This document shows, piece by piece, positions 12,174 to 27,200 of a stretch of 64,000 nucleotides of DNA. Both the position numbers and the translations under genes were made by a program. The DNA is taken from positions 37,089,425 through 37,153,424 of the forward strand of contig NC_068983.1 of NCBI RefSeq assembly GCF_001194135.2, given 5' to 3'. The notes beneath the pieces were generated by a model. That model did not search any database. It had not been told where the DNA came from and was given only the letters and a program-made list of their open reading frames with translations. Each line of letters begins with the position of its first letter. Within the stretch, counting starts at the first letter, position 1. The DNA comes from Octopus bimaculoides. Its lineage: Eukaryota.

Positions 12174-13633
12174 ATACATTCACGGTGGTGCACCAGCATG
12201 ACCGCAGCCACTTGGCTGAAACACATAAATAAATAAATAAATAAATATACAATTTATTTATACACACGCGCACACAAAAGCTATCTGGAAAACAAAGAAC
12301 CACAACTCATGAATGTATAAATTGGAGTTACGTCCCATGTTTACAATAATTTTTGTCCTCCTATGATACATTGGCATCTCAGCACCTAACAAAGCCACCC
12401 ACTTCTCTACTGCAACTCCACGCAGTCAAAGTAGGCCTATCCTTTCTGTGTCTTGAGATACTTGGTGACCTCACGAGTGCTGGTGTTATGGAAAAAAGTA
12501 ATCAGAGAAATCAAGCCAAAGCAGAGTAGAACTTAAAGCTATTCTCTGGCTCACTGGATCCTGTCAAATAATTTGACCCATTCCAGTATGGAAGATGGAC
12601 ATCAAATGAAGATGATTCTGTGTGTTTGTGTATGTATAAATATGTATGTGCGTATAGGCATTTGCTTATTTGAAAATCAAAGTGGTATTGTAAGCACTGT
12701 CAATAATTTGTCCACTCGCTTCATACCTTCAAGATACTAACCATCCCTTGAAAAAACAAGTAAGGGTTAGTATCAGGAACGGTATCCAGCTGTAAAACAA
12801 CATCTCAACACCAGTTGTCTAACCCATGCTAGCATGGAAAAATGGACATAAAAACGAACAAGTGAGCAAGCTATAAGTCTAAATGCTATATTCATAAAAT
12901 TAATGAATTTGATGGAGAATGTGAAATTAATCAGAGATTGAAAAGCATTAAAAAAGATGGATAAAATACATTCAAACTAGTCTGGATGTTAAATCAGTGG
13001 TAAGAATTAAGGTGATTAGTGGACAGAGATAAGTGAAATTAACAAGTAGTTCATGAAATGTGTAACATTGCTTTTGAATTTACAACCTAACTAAATCTCC
13101 TAACAACAGTCAGACAGTAATCTCTTTGCAGTAGATTATATTCAAACTAATCTTTCCACAAGCTTACTGTAATCCCTCACTGTTGAGGACTGACATCAAC
13201 TTGTTTTTACTTTCATCAAATCTACAATAACTAAGACTATAATTCTAGACCTCAGACTTAGTCAAATCATGACAATCATCATCATCATCATTCCCATTTA
13301 ATGCCCGTTTTCGATGCTGGCATGGGTTGGATGGTTCAACAGAAGCTGACAAGCAAGAAAACTGCACCAAGCTCCAATGTCTACTTCAACATGGTCTTCT
13401 ACAGTAAGATGCCCTTCCTAATGCCAACCACTTCACAGAAGTTTTTTTTTTTTTTACATGGCATGAGCATCAATGAGATCACTAAAGTAACTTGCAAGAC
13501 AAACACCCTCAACTCAGGTGAGGGTGTACTATTGTGCCAGGTGATGAAAAGCTAAAGTATGATAGAGGGACAGAAACAAGTGTCTAGCAGTAAAGGAGAT
13601 AAATAGTTACAGCAGTTGGAAAAGTGAGAGGAA

Positions 13634-13670
<37 letters not shown>

Positions 13671-16600
13671 AGTGGCAAAGATGTGTCAGGGTGAAACCAC
13701 AAGTTACAGGGAGGTCAGTTTTTTGATATTTCAGTTCTAGTGTCTATCGATCTACATTTGTATTCATGCACATTGATGCAACTGAGCAAGTTGCTTCAAT
13801 CTACATGTTACTCTGTTTGACAGTGGAGACTTAACACTGTCTGCAGAATGTTTCAAAAGACAGTGTTTCCTGCAACTATGAGACAGAATTTGAATTCAGA
13901 ATTTAAAGAACATGAATAAATAACGCAAGGCATCTTGTCTTGAGACTCTAACAATTTCACTGCCTCTGGCTGGCAGTTATCAATCCTGGAAGAATGAAAG
14001 GCAAAATTGACCTCTACAAGATTTGAACACAGAATGTCATTTCAAAGACTGCAAGTTACCTCCATCCTTAATATAAACTTAAATATAAGAGATTCTTTTG
14101 GAAACCTTAAATTTGTTAAGTGTGTAAGAAGATTGAAAATGAACTGGAGTGTAAGTGGATTCTTTCCATAGAATCAAACCTGTCTATGGAAATCTTGAAT
14201 TAGAAGAAAGAGGAATACTGTTGATCAGTAGGAAGTCTAGAGAGAAATGATGAACATCAATTTGTATCTGTTTTTAAACAATAAACCAAATAAGCTGATA
14301 ATTAAGAGTATAATGCATTAATTCTATAAGCTAGCTCTGAAATATTAGTGATATGTCACATCTATTGATTAACTTAATTATTAAAGCAATCTTGGTTGTG
14401 GTTTATGGCAACAGTGGCCAAATTGCAGCTCTCAAAGCTACCAAGTGTGACTCTTTAACATCCTACCGACTGGATTTTATAGAATAAAATATAATGAAGA
14501 AGACTCAACAAAAGCCTTCAATGGCAGGCATTAATCAATCTACTTTATGTAAAATATCATGTGGCTTTTCTTATTAAACAAACTGGCTATCCTTTGTTTA
14601 TAGTATCTGAGATACAGAAGTGGTTCAAGATAAGCAATAATGAGAATAGATGATTAAACACTACAAACCATGTCAGTATAGAGAAAAGCATGAAATACAA
14701 TAATCATTTTATAGTTTATAAAGAGGTTGCAGAAAGTCTTGAGTTTCAAACATCATTGAAAGACATTACAAGAATAATCAAGTAGCATAAAAATGGATAT
14801 ATTACAATATGTAATTAAAATATAATTTAAGAAATCCATCTTTTCAAAAAGTATTTCCTACTATATCTTTCGCTATACACAATGCATTGAATAGGTTTAA
14901 AAATAGCTTGGTGAAATTAAGGTAAATTAGCATTCACTGCAAACTCAATGATGACAAGAAGCCAAACAGATTTTTATGGAAATTGAAATAAAATAATTCA
15001 AAATAGACAAAGCACCAAGAAAAGAAAATTTCAATATTGTTTCTACTTTAAAAATGTGTAAATTGATCTAATGCAGATTGAATGAGAAATTAAAACGAAG
15101 ATTAATTATAAGAGAATTGGCATTTCTCATATTATATAACAGCCATCTTTTCACACTAACAGAGTCAACAAGTCTTTTACATTGTTTTCTATTGTATCCA
15201 TGGTTATTTTCCCAACACTTTTTTTTTTATTATCAATCTTTCAACATTCGATTTAATATCATGTCCATACCACTCAAATATTCTCCTAATTAATAATATA
15301 TGATCGCTTTGCTCGCTTAAAAACACATTCTAGCCTTTATGTCTAATATTACACTCTTTATTAGTGACATTTCCATCCATCAGATTCACAAATGACAAAC
15401 CACGTTTTCTCCATTCATATTTCCTTGAAAAACACCCCCATGCTTTAGGACAAAAAGACTCTTCTAAATTCAAAGACAGAATAACTGAAGTTTATTTAAG
15501 AAAAAAAAACCAACTAATATCAGAACAACGTGTTGATTAAAAGATGCATTTGACATTCACAGAACCTAGAATTTTCATATTAGCTTGTTTTTCTTCAAAT
15601 CCTTAAAAAAATCAATTAGAGGAGGAAAAGCAAATTATTAAAGTGATTCAATTAATGTTCAGTTTGAACTTATGTATGCTGATGTCTGCAGGAAAAATCA
15701 AAAGTGAAAAAGAAATTCCAAATGGTTGTAACTTTGGGGAAGATGAGACAGGAAATTATTAGTGAATGATATGGTTGGATGAGACCACAGTAAGAATGAT
15801 AACAAAAGAGAAATAAGTGTATCAGATGGGATTGAGTATTTCGTCTGCTTTCTTTCATTTACATTTAAATTTGTGTAGATGATATAGCAGAGAGGTAATA
15901 TTAAGAAAAATGAAAGCAGCTCATGTCTCTGGGAGACTCAGCAGAATAAGTAAAGATTTACAGTGCAAAAGCAAGATTGTGCATCTTCAACGAAAATTTC
16001 TTGTTTATCTTAATACGTCTTTGAAAGTAAGAATTAGTGAAAAACTGAACTAGTGAAACTGTCCTGGAAATATTTTAACATGGGATCACTCTAAAACTAA
16101 GAAATTAAAGATTTCTGAATGACTTATAGAATCATATGTAGTTCAAGTTTTGGGATTGGGAAAATGATAGAATAGTAGATGAAGTGAAAGTGTATAAGTG
16201 GAAAACAAAAAGATGATCACCAAAACAATTTCTGAAAGAAATAAAATAAGAAAGAAAAAAAAAACTTGCAAGAAGCCAGACATTTTGGAATCCAGACAAT
16301 AATCAAACAAAAATAACTAGCTGAAAAGAAAAAAGGACTAGTGGAGAATAGTATGGGCTGTAGATACTGTCTGATGATGTCAGTAGAAAAGAACAGCATA
16401 AAGTTTGGTCAATAATACCTGGGGACTATAATCTCAACATTAACCTTTGAAGAGGCTTGGAACATCAGTAACATACATGTGGAATTTTTAAAATTCTAAA
16501 GCAATGCAGATAACTATATAACTTGGCAGTCATGGTAGTAGGGACTGATTATAGAAAAAAAGTTGAAAAGCAATGTTATAAATGCTCTGGCACAGAATTT

Positions 16601-19600
16601 TGTTATAAAATTAGGTTAGCTAGACAGCTGTGCAATCTATCTAGAATAACAAATGTACTGTTTACTGACTGGTTGGCTTGCAACTGTACTTTAAGTACAC
16701 CCACACAGCAAGCTACACAATACAGAGAAATGTTTAGGAAAAATTAAGAATACTAATACTAGTAAACATGAACCTACTTGCAAATCCATATTAAAAGCTT
16801 AAACCAATTTCCAGTTAGATTATTTTTACTTGATTACTATTTAACCTTTAGTAAGGAGTACATAAAAATTTATATAATAACTCATTATATTAATTATAAT
16901 TATAATAAAATCCAATGTTATGTAACAATCTTTTATTGATACTAATTTGAAAACAAATCAAATCAAATTTAAAGGTTTCTATGAACAAAGACTTAGTAGA
17001 AAGCAATTCTATTTCTCAGAATGAGATGTTAGTAAATTTTGGATTCAGAATTTTACTTTACCTATAACCCCCTATTGTACAGATACATTTCTTTAATAAA
17101 TTTTGTAGGGAAAACTTTTCTGTCCTTTACAATATAATTTTCATTTCATTTAAAAGGAAATATTTCATGTTACATTCACTTCTTAATAACGACAAAATTA
17201 TTTTTCTAAATTCTTTATTATTTTCAAAATAAATTGAAATAAAGGGCAGTGTATTTCAACTGAGATATAGTAACAAAAAGGTTAATAATAATAATATATA
17301 GAAGCCACAACAGCAGCAACATGTGTTTAAACCCAAACTTTAATAGGCTAGGTACCAAGAAGTAGCCTGAGGATTTGCATTGGCCATGTATGTTGGGTTA
17401 TTTCAATCAATCTAAGAAATATGTGATTAGTCTAATTATGAATAGAAGCACTGGTGTCAATAGTGCCATAAATTAAGGAGTTGGAGACAAGTCTCAAGAC
17501 TGTGTGTACTGACTGCATAGCCATTATACTCAACAGATATTTTTAGCTAAATAGTGGTTCATCTTTTTCTTTAAAAGTGTTTACTTTCATTTCACCATTT
17601 CTTTGGCAATCATTGAAAGTTATTCAGATATATTTACACAAATGTTCAATATGACTTCAAATCCAAGTTAAACGAAAACAAAACTATCTATATAAATTAA
17701 CATGGTCCTCAAACTATTGTGAGTTTACACAATAATGAGATAAATTAATCTTAAATACAGATTATTATTTAAAGAATATAAGTGGCCAGTTTATTTTAGA
17801 GATGTCAGGTTGTATATATTTATTTTTTTATCAATCATTGTCAATGATTTACAAATGTTATCCTTATCAAAAACTTCAATTTTCAGGTAAAAAGAAAAAA
17901 AAAGAAAAAAGAATAACCCGAGTTTTAAGTTTTTATCCCCTTTTTGAGATAATTTGCAGACTTCCAAACTGCTGATAATCTGAAGGACCACTGCAAATGT
18001 TATGCCAACCAAATTCCTTAATTTTTGGGGAAGAAATATTAATGAAAGAGAATGCTGTGTGCTGAGTTGATGGTGGTTCTCATAACCAGCTGAGAAATTA
18101 ATGGCACATATCCTTTTACCAAGACTTTATAGCATCTATAGCCAAGACATTTAACTCCCAATGCTTGAGTCTGTTCACCAATCTCTGATTGAAACTATCA
18201 CTGTAAGGAGTGGGAGGTATTGTAAAAGTCACAAACAAATCATGGGTTTGTGAAGTACTGAGCTTGATTTTTATCATGGAAAACATTCCCTGTAATATTC
18301 AGAAGACATTTGTCCGACATCCGTTTAACATTATGGTATGCACTGGTCCAACGGATTGTAATGATTTCTGAAAGGAATGACTAGGAGCTGAAGTTTTCAC
18401 AATATAAATGATTGCAAGTTGAACATATTCCATCTCATTCTAGGCAACCAAAATGAAATTTGTTTTTGTAATGGTTGAGTTCATACTACTAATAACTTTT
18501 AATAAGTCCCCTTTAGACCTGAAAACAAAGTTTGAAACTCTTGAAAGTGAAGAAAAGCAAACATTTATTTGAATTCCAGAACCACATCTTTGAAAACCAT
18601 GGAGCAATTTCCTTAAATTATTACATCTTTTTAAACTCTGAATATCTGTAGTAGGTTGTATTGTTAAACTGCAATCATTATTCTTAAAATTTTAAAATGA
18701 TTTCTGATATTTTCTATTTTATACACAGAATAACTGTCTTCATTATATGTACTCAATGTCTTCTGAAAGTACCACATAAATGGGTTTTCACAAAGTAACT
18801 GTGGTATCTTGGCCAGTATATTTCCTTTAAACTTGTTCAAATTTATCCCAAATTTCATTGCATAGTTCATTGAAAAGTATGAGTAATATTACTTTCTAAA
18901 AGGCAGAAGGCCTCATATTTGACAGATAGGCATACTTGATAAACTGAGCCCACAATACAACTGGTATTATTTTATCAACTTAAGCAGGATGAAAGGCAAA
19001 CTCTACCATGGTTAAACTTGAACTCACGAAGTAAAGGGATGTAACTTAATCCCACAAGGGATTGTTTAATTTTACTTATTCTGCCAACCCACCACCCTTA
19101 CAATAAGAGTAATATTGACACTAAAAGCCTAACGACAAAGTGGGCTATCTTTTAAGACACTGCATGGCTAGAATGGGAGCTAATTACAACTTACCTCACA
19201 GTATCTTCCATATTTGTGAAGAGAAAGTAGAAATGGACTTGGGATAACACAGATATAAGATCTTTAACAATAACTTAAGTAAATAGTTGAATTTCGTAGG
19301 TGCCAGAATCAAACCAAGCAGGGAGACAGCTAAAAAAACTGAAAGAGAAAAAAAGTAACTTACAAATTGTTGTTAAAAGCTAAAAGCATAGGTATAAAAA
19401 AACAACATGTGTTTCAAAATGAAAATCATTTCAAGCTATGAGGAAAAAAATACCAAAATTCTCAGCTGACATTCTCATATAATTTCAATAACAAATATAA
19501 TTTAATAAATTGAATATTTTAAAACAAAACAGAATTTTGTATAAAAGCAAATCCAATATGCTCAAATCATATTAAACAAAATAAATATTCTATTCAAATT

Positions 19601-22130
19601 CACTTCAGACTTTGACTAATTAACATAGAGAGTAAGAAATTTATATTTCTATCTATTTTTTTTTTATTCATTCCATGTTCAGTTCAAATTTTACCTCTAA
19701 ATTATGGAATTTTTTTACATCCAACTGAATGTTTTTAAAAAAGTAACTTTGCATCTTAAACTTTCTCAGCTAATATACATGTCTTACAAATGCACAGATA
19801 AATTTCTAAATGTGGGAGGAGAGGGGATGAGACTATGTGATGTCCTTATTTTTAAGGGCATTAGAAGATAAATGAAATGAAATAGTTCCAACAAAAGAAT
19901 ATAAACTGAAATGCAGACTCAGCAGTGTTTAAGTTGCTTTATAAATGTAATATTAAGAATAATCTATCATCAAACGGTTTATCACAAGCCTAAGATTTAT
20001 AAAAATAGCATGGCCAGTGTACATAAACTCTAATCATAATTACAACTTCATTAAAATGCTACATATCATTATCTAAACTATAATAAAGCAAGTCTCTTAT
20101 TAATTAGCTTAAAATATGTAAATTTTACTAAAAGAAAGCAATTATCAAAGTCTATATTGTCAAAGAAATTCTTATAAATTTCAATTTTAATATATTATAA
20201 AGGTTGCTTAATTATTTGCAACACTACTTTCTACATACACATCAGTAAAAGCATTTTGCCAAATTATGTTTAATCTAGCATCAGCAGAATTATGTTGATT
20301 CCAGTCTTTCATATTTGTTGGGTGTTGTTGAAGATGGTAACCTGAAGAATGTTACGTGGTCAAGTTAAGTCAAAATAATACCCGATTTCTTCATAAATTC
20401 TAATGCCGTATTTGAATGCTGGATATTATTCTGAATTTATTTACTGAATGAGTACTATTAGACAAAGGATACAAAGGAAAATTAAATGTAACATATCAGA
20501 AAAATTACACAAATTGAGAAACAAATGTGTACATCTCATTTAGAAACTAGTAAAAATCTGCCGAAGGGCAGTTTTTCTGTAAGAGATAAAAATAAAGGAA
20601 ACATTTTTCCTCCTAAATATTGATCACCCATTGTTTAGCCTAGGAGCATTTGAGAAGGTTGCCACCTAATAAACTAAGAAAAAAATTAAATATCAATAAA
20701 ATTTATTGTAATTCAAAAATGTCACCAGTAGTGCATTAGAGGATTTAAATATTGTTATAAATATTGAGTGAAGGAAATACATACAACAACACACTACATG
20801 ATAAAGTGTGCCATGGTGCTTATGACCAAATCTGAAGCATGGTATATGCAGAGTAGTGGACCTGTGAATTACTCTTGCATATCTGAGCAGCTGTTATTGC
20901 TCTACCATAACACTATTGCTTCAGCACAGTTGAACAGGATGTATGCATACATGTATGTGCACTACAATGATGTAAACATACCAACAAAACCAATAAGTAT
21001 TTAAAAACTTTGAGAGATGTGACATCTGATTTTAACTGTAAAACTCAAAGTAGATAAAGCTATAAGTAATAGCATGTAGAATGTTGGGTTAAAAAAAACC
21101 CAGGAACCATAAAATGAGGAAAAAAAAAAAAAAAAGCCAAAGGCTACCAATGGGAGCTGAACTCATATCTGGGCAGCCTTTGACTTTTTCTATCCAAAGC
21201 CTTTTTTTTTAATGCAGTATCCTACATGCTATCATTTATAGCTATATCTATTTTGAGTTCCACAGTTGAAATTGAATTATACCAGCTAATGTGACTACAT
21301 ATAGAGAGAATAGGGTTAAGTGCAAGTTAATATACTTATTATTTCAGTTGAACAATAAGGAATAAATTAAATGAGATGAAATAAAAATGATTTCTTACAA
21401 AATCAAATAATTTACAAGTCAATTTTTTGAGAAACAAACAACAAATTTTCTTTTTCTTTGTTTGAAATTTCAAATTATGCATGAATTCAGAGTTTGCTTA
21501 ATTGATCTGTGATCTTAAGGTTTATCTCCCTGCAAGGCATGTTGGACTTTTCTACTATAGCCTTCAGCTGACCTTGTGAATGAAATTGGTAGATGGACAC
21601 TGTAAGGAAGCCTGTTGTGTGTGTGTGAGTATGTATGTTCATGTTGGTAAGGTCTGGACAGTCATCACAATCCAAGCTCTTGTTTTGAGTTCTGTCTTCT
21701 TGGGTGTGGTCCCCTGACCACACATAAAAGAACAGCAACCCAACAAGAACTTCTATCCATTTTCATTTGGAATATTTATGGCTGGGTACCTTTCCTAACA
21801 CCAATTACTTAACCAGTGTACTGGGTGCATATTTTCATAGCACAAGCATAAGAGAAGTTGTCATGTTCTCCAAAATACAAGACTAAAGAGTCCTTCTAAA
21901 CCCTATAATGCTGTTGTACATCCAGCTTGTTAATTGTATGTATGAATAGTTATGTGTGTGAGCGTTTAGATTTCACATTCCACAGAAAAAGCATTGAGTT
22001 AAAAAATGGTGTTGTTTGTTGGCATTTCCTGTCAATAAATCAGGTGTCTTTCAAAGATATTTGAAATAAAAGATCTCTTGCTTGAAATAGCAATGGAAAA
22101 AGTTTCTGATTCAAACGTATTTGAGTAACT

Positions 22131-22586
22131 CAGTGGTTCCCAAAGTGGGTGGCACCATCTTTGTGGAGCAGAAGAAAGGTCCAGAGGGGCACTGAAGAAA
22201 AATGGAGTGATAATAAAGGTGGCCCAAAAGTATCACTGGATGGCAATGACCCCTTTATTTTTCAATGGGATATTCAGGTTTAGAGAACAAAAATAAATAA
22301 AAATTAAAAANNNNNNNNNNNNNNNNNNNNNNNNNNNNNNNNNNNNNNNNNNNNNNNNNNNNNNTAAAAAGAAAAAAAAAAAACTTTAGTGATGAAGCTG
22401 GCCATAAAACTCCCAAGAAAATTCCCTAGAAAGATGAAAACACGACACTGAACGAAAACAACAACAAGAATAACATCAACAACAATGACAAGAAGAACAA
22501 CAAAATGAAAAGAAAAAAATGAATACATTCCCTCCACTGACCATCTTTGATGCCAATGCCAAATACATGTGTATATGTAAGTGTAC

Positions 22587-22627
<41 letters not shown>

Positions 22628-23315
22628 AAGAATTTTTTTAAATTAAAGAAAAAATTGAATTAAGAAAAAACATCTATATTGCTTTTATACAAATATATAA
22701 GTATATGTAGGCTTGTGCACTTATGTTAGAAAACCTTGTAGGGTGGGGGGATTTTGGTTGGAGACTGGGGAAGTTTTAGGTAATTTTTATGTGCTTGTTT
22801 AGGGTAAAACTGTAAAAATGCTTTTCTTTTTATGTATATTATGGGGATAGTTTATGATGGTGAAAGGAGTGAAGTTGGGGAGATATTTTTTAACTGTCAA
22901 AAAAACAAAAAAAAAACAAAACAAAAAAACTATTGGTTATTTTTGATTAAAAATACCAGTTTTGGGTGGTATCTGGATATCAGTAATGAGTAAGCAAGAA
23001 TAATCGAGGAACAACTGGTTTCAGTTTAAAAGGACATTGAGCTGTGTCCAAAGTTCAAAAAAATCATATCAGTATCTTTGATTGCAAAAGGATGGTTCTG
23101 ACTGCTACCCAGCACTGATGAACAAAGACAAAATGTACTTCTTGCTTTCTGCCTCGCTTCTTTCTAAGCAAAGGAGCAGACTGAAAATATTGTGAAACAC
23201 AAGTTGTTTTTAATTTGTAGGAGAAAGAGGTCTATATTCGTGGGAAGGAGGGGATGCTAGGAATGTGGGTTGGGTACCAAGTGGGTAGCAATTTGAAAAA
23301 GTTTGGGAACCACTG
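22131..23315 (+). mobile_element. non-autonomous hAT (Charlie/Buster-like) element, ~1.2 kb
   Basis: Perfect 14-bp TIRs CAGTGGTTCCCAAA / TTTGGGAACCACTG; 8-bp flanks GAGTAACT / GTCTAACT (6/8); internal DCYPALMNK...KQRSRLK resembles the hAT C-terminal domain. Confidence 0.75.
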
Positions 23316-23374
23316 GTCTAACTCATGCTAGCTTGGGAAAACGAGTGTTAAATGAAAGAACAAACTGTATATAC

Positions 23375-23576
23375 TCTCTTATTCTTTTACTTGTTTCAGT
23401 CATTTGACTGTGGCCATGCTGGAGTACCGCCTTTAGTCGAGCAAATCGACCTCAGGACTTATTCTTTGTAAGCCTAGTACTTATTCTATTGGTCTCCTTT
23501 GTCGAACCACTAAGTTACAGGGATGAAAACACACCAGCATCAGTTGTCAAGCGATGTTGGGGAGACAAGCACATAT

Positions 23577-23615
<39 letters not shown>

Positions 23616-23775
23616 TATGACGAGCTTCTTTCAGTTTCCGTCTACCAAATCCACTCACAAGGGTTTGGTCGGCCTGAGGCTATAGTAGAAGACACTTGCC
23701 CAAGGTGCCATGCAGTGGGACTGAACCCAGAACCATGTGGTTGGTAAGCAAGCTACTTACCACACAGCCACTCCT
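23375..23775 (-). mobile_element. SINE family A, near full length
   Basis: Reverse complement of the 11807 element. Confidence 0.9.
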
Positions 23776-24239
23776 ACAAAGTAAAATACAAACAGAGAGG
23801 ATTGAACAAATATTTTTCTAATTTTTTTTTTATTGATTAAAATTTCTGTTTTAGAATCTCCACCCACCCATTCAACACTTTAAGGTCAAGAGGTTTTCTG
23901 TTAATTTAAGTATTTGAAATTTCAAACTGGGAAAAATCTGTATAAGACAAAAATTTCTGCAACTGATCATACTATCAAAAATTAAATCAAAGAGTATCAC
24001 TTTGACAATGTATATTATCATCACTGATGTTAGAATTTAATATCAAGAAAACTGGACAAAAATATACCTTATTTCACAATTATCATGTTTGGGTTGGAAC
24101 AATGTTATAATATACTTTTTACAACTTATACCAAGATGAAGGTTCCATACTGTCACCACCAGCTTGGCTTGATATAGTTCAACTTAAATAAGGAAAGAAA
24201 TTTTTTTTTTTTTCAGTATTGACCAAGAAAATGACTTAC

Positions 24240-24289
24240 CTTAGTGTTGATTCATGGGCCGAATCATAGAGAGAATTAACCTGTGCCAT
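24240..24289 (-). CDS. per: per coding exon A (MAQVNSLYDSAHESTL+AG); whole exon 24240-24318
   Basis: Acceptor tattttag, Kozak-like gccATGG, donor AG|gtaagt. Phase 2 joins exon B in frame. The 29 exon nt before the ATG have no in-frame stop, so an upstream start is not excluded. Confidence 0.8.
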
Positions 24290-27200
24290 GGCAAAACTGC
24301 CGACCAGTTGAGCTGATCCTAAAATAAATAAATTTAACAATATTACAAATTGTTGTCACAATTACTATTGTTATACAGATGATTTACATGCAAGACTCAT
24401 TTATATATTTATTTTTTATAATAATAAAAAGAAAAATTTTAGGATCTACTGTGTAGAAATTAATACAAAAATAAAAATAATAAATGCAGTATATTACAAC
24501 ACATTGTTGCTGATGAGTCCCAAGTTGGTCATGATTGAGTAGATCTATGATGAAAGACAGTCCAACTGTGAACATTCTGTCATTTTAATGTGTGCAAGGA
24601 ACCTAGGATTACATTATCCAATGTGTCCTTTCTAAGAGTATGATTTGAGAGGGATTTGGCTCTCACACCACAAAGGCTCCTATGATAATGGATTAGGTTC
24701 AGTTTACTTCTAAGAAAACAGTTTTAACAGCTCAAAAACAACAAGAGTACATTCTAGATATAACTTTTATATGTGTTATAGGCAGGGTAGGCAAAGACAT
24801 GGCTGCAAGAACAACACAATGCCTCCAGCTAAAAGTAAGTCACTAATTGTTAAGTATAGTGTTCAGCAGATCCCACAGTTACAGTTCCAAATAATAGTCT
24901 GCATTAACTGAAAATAATAATAATATACAACAAAAACTGAGAAAGGTGGTCATTAACTAGTTATTATTCCTACTCTCTATGAACCATCTTCAAAAGAAAA
25001 AGCCTAAGAATGACAGGTAAGACAAAAGAAAATCACTAATATACAGAGAAAAACTACATTGCAATTATTTTAAAGGGGTTTAAAAGAAACAAGAAAAGTT
25101 CCTGAATCCATTTTAATGATAGAGGATTACTATACATGTTTGTGTATAGGATGGAATTTATTAGCTCCTCTGATTTTGAATCATGCTCCAGAATTAAGTC
25201 ATCTTTAACACCTAATACAAAATCTGAACTATAATATTGCAGTTTATCCATCAATCAAGATAGAAGACAGTGTAAAACACTTGCTATGGTCCAACTGTTC
25301 AAAATTTTCAACTGAAACTTACAGAAAACCTGCCTCAATAAACTTGTCTCATCCTTGCAAGCATGGAGAAGTGATGTTAAAATGATGATGATGATTACAT
25401 TTGATTAAGAAAGCTAATTATATGAGCAGCCTTTAATTGCCAATGAGGGAGCCTCAACAAAATTAATGGCCTTGCTAGATATAACAATAACATCTTTTCA
25501 AACCATATCCTCACTATCTAATGAAAGATGCATTGGACAATGTAGTCCATATAACTATGTTTGAAAAAAAAAAGAGAAAAAAAAAAAAAANNNNNNNNNN
25601 AAAAAAAAAAAAAAAGAGAAGCTTGTCATGGCTGGGTTTAACCCCCTGACCTGGGGTTAAAGAACAGCAGTAACTAAGAGAGAGTAAACTTCAACGCTAT
25701 ATTTAAGTTATGCCACATAACAAAACAAACTAGAACTATATAAAAACTTGATACACTACATAAATATTAACACGAATTTTTGCAGCAATTGTTTATCAGC
25801 TTTTTGCAGGAAAAAAACAAAACAATGATAAAATCAATTATCCAACATTCAGATGAATGTTTTGTGCATGAACATGAAGTCTTGCTGAGATGATTTTTGT
25901 GGTTAGTGCTAACAACAGATTCCTGTGGTGTAAACAATCTTTCATATTGTGGAAAAGGAATGGTACGTGTGTGTGTGAAAGAGTGAGGGGGAAGAGAGAA
26001 ATGGCATGCACACACATACATATGTGTGTACACAGACAATTTAATGCTTGGTGGTGGTTTCTAATTAAACTGTGGAATATCCATAGGGGTCAGCTAGCAA
26101 AATTAAGTTTTGTGAGACTTTTTGTCACACTAAGGTAAAATTTTATGCATGCAATTTACCTATATTATTCTAATAAGAATTGAAATCATAACTGAGCAGC
26201 TGTTAAAACTTGGGTTTTAACACAAACATTCTCACAGAAAAATGTACATCTTACATACAGCAAATGGATAATTTCATTTATATATTTCCTCCAGTGTAAG
26301 GCTTAATAAACAAACTATAGATAATTTTTTTTTTTTTAAGTGATACAAAAATATGAGAATATATTTCAGATGATTCTGCAGGTCTAAATGTGCTTCTTTA
26401 TCACCCTACTAATCTCCCATCATGTCACAAGTTAGAGGAATGGCATCACATTGGATCTGTCAGTATTCAACCCACACCTACTATCATCCAGTTTTCTCTT
26501 GTTCCCACTCTTCCTCCAATCATGCATTATTGACATCCATCACTCCAGCTCTCTTACTTTCACCTACTTTTATCCATCATTATCACTCAGTCATTCTCTC
26601 ACCACTACTTCTGCTCATGCTGTTCTTATTTAATCTCCTTACAAACAACCAGCATTAAGTTATCACTTTCTTTACTATCTCTATCTTTCACTCACTTTGG
26701 TTCTCCTTTAATCACTCTTCTACTTACCAAAGGACAAGACAACCCAGAGCTTCTAGTGGACAAATGAACACAGACAACATAAGACAGTGAAGGCTAATCT
26801 AGCAGACTAACACCGCAATGAACGTACACTCAGTACACGGTCCATGTCATTGTGGTCGGTCAATGACTGAAGACAACGTAAAGTAGGACACGATGACCTT
26901 TCTAGTGCTGATACCATAATAAAATGTACCCAGTAGGTTCTGTAAAATTGTTAGCAGTAAGAAGGATAACAGCCATAGAAAATATCGTCAAAAATGGAAT
27001 ATACAAAATAGGGTCCCCCAATCTATCTAGAAGGCACTAACTGTGAATAACTGACTCAAAGCAGAATAACACACCCATCCAATCCACAACAAAGACATGA
27101 AAGTGATGATGATGAAATTGTTATTATCATACCACACTGTATCAAATCTATCACAGAATATACTTTATAACAAAGGAATTTGCAGGGTTAACGGGACATA

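Larger units (their letters stand above)
1..24318 (-). other. per: period (per) circadian clock gene, ATG exon to left edge; 3' end outside the window, 5' UTR probably extends to ~46-47 kb
   Basis: Twelve exons splice into MAQVNSLYDSAHESTLRGSSSSVSISLSSETTDDQPSTSGCSSMHV...LPPSKGRGKKTGTLTALQHVI...LGYPKDSWRG...LLGFLPQDLIGMSIFELYHPDDL...ETEWS...GQHTVVRIPENPNVF...LQRKIQEILLQ. This matches PER-family motifs as I recall them (PSTSGCSS, GTLxxLQ, LGYLPQDLIG/HPxD, W-containing PAS-B loop, LQxxIxxLLLQ). Confidence 0.95.

Noticed and set aside
23523-23747. Recurrent ORFs ending QIHSQGFGRPEAIVEDTCPRCHAVGLNPEPCGW (also 28426, 51657, 11764, 56592)
   Set aside because: Antisense readings of SINE family A, not a protein family.
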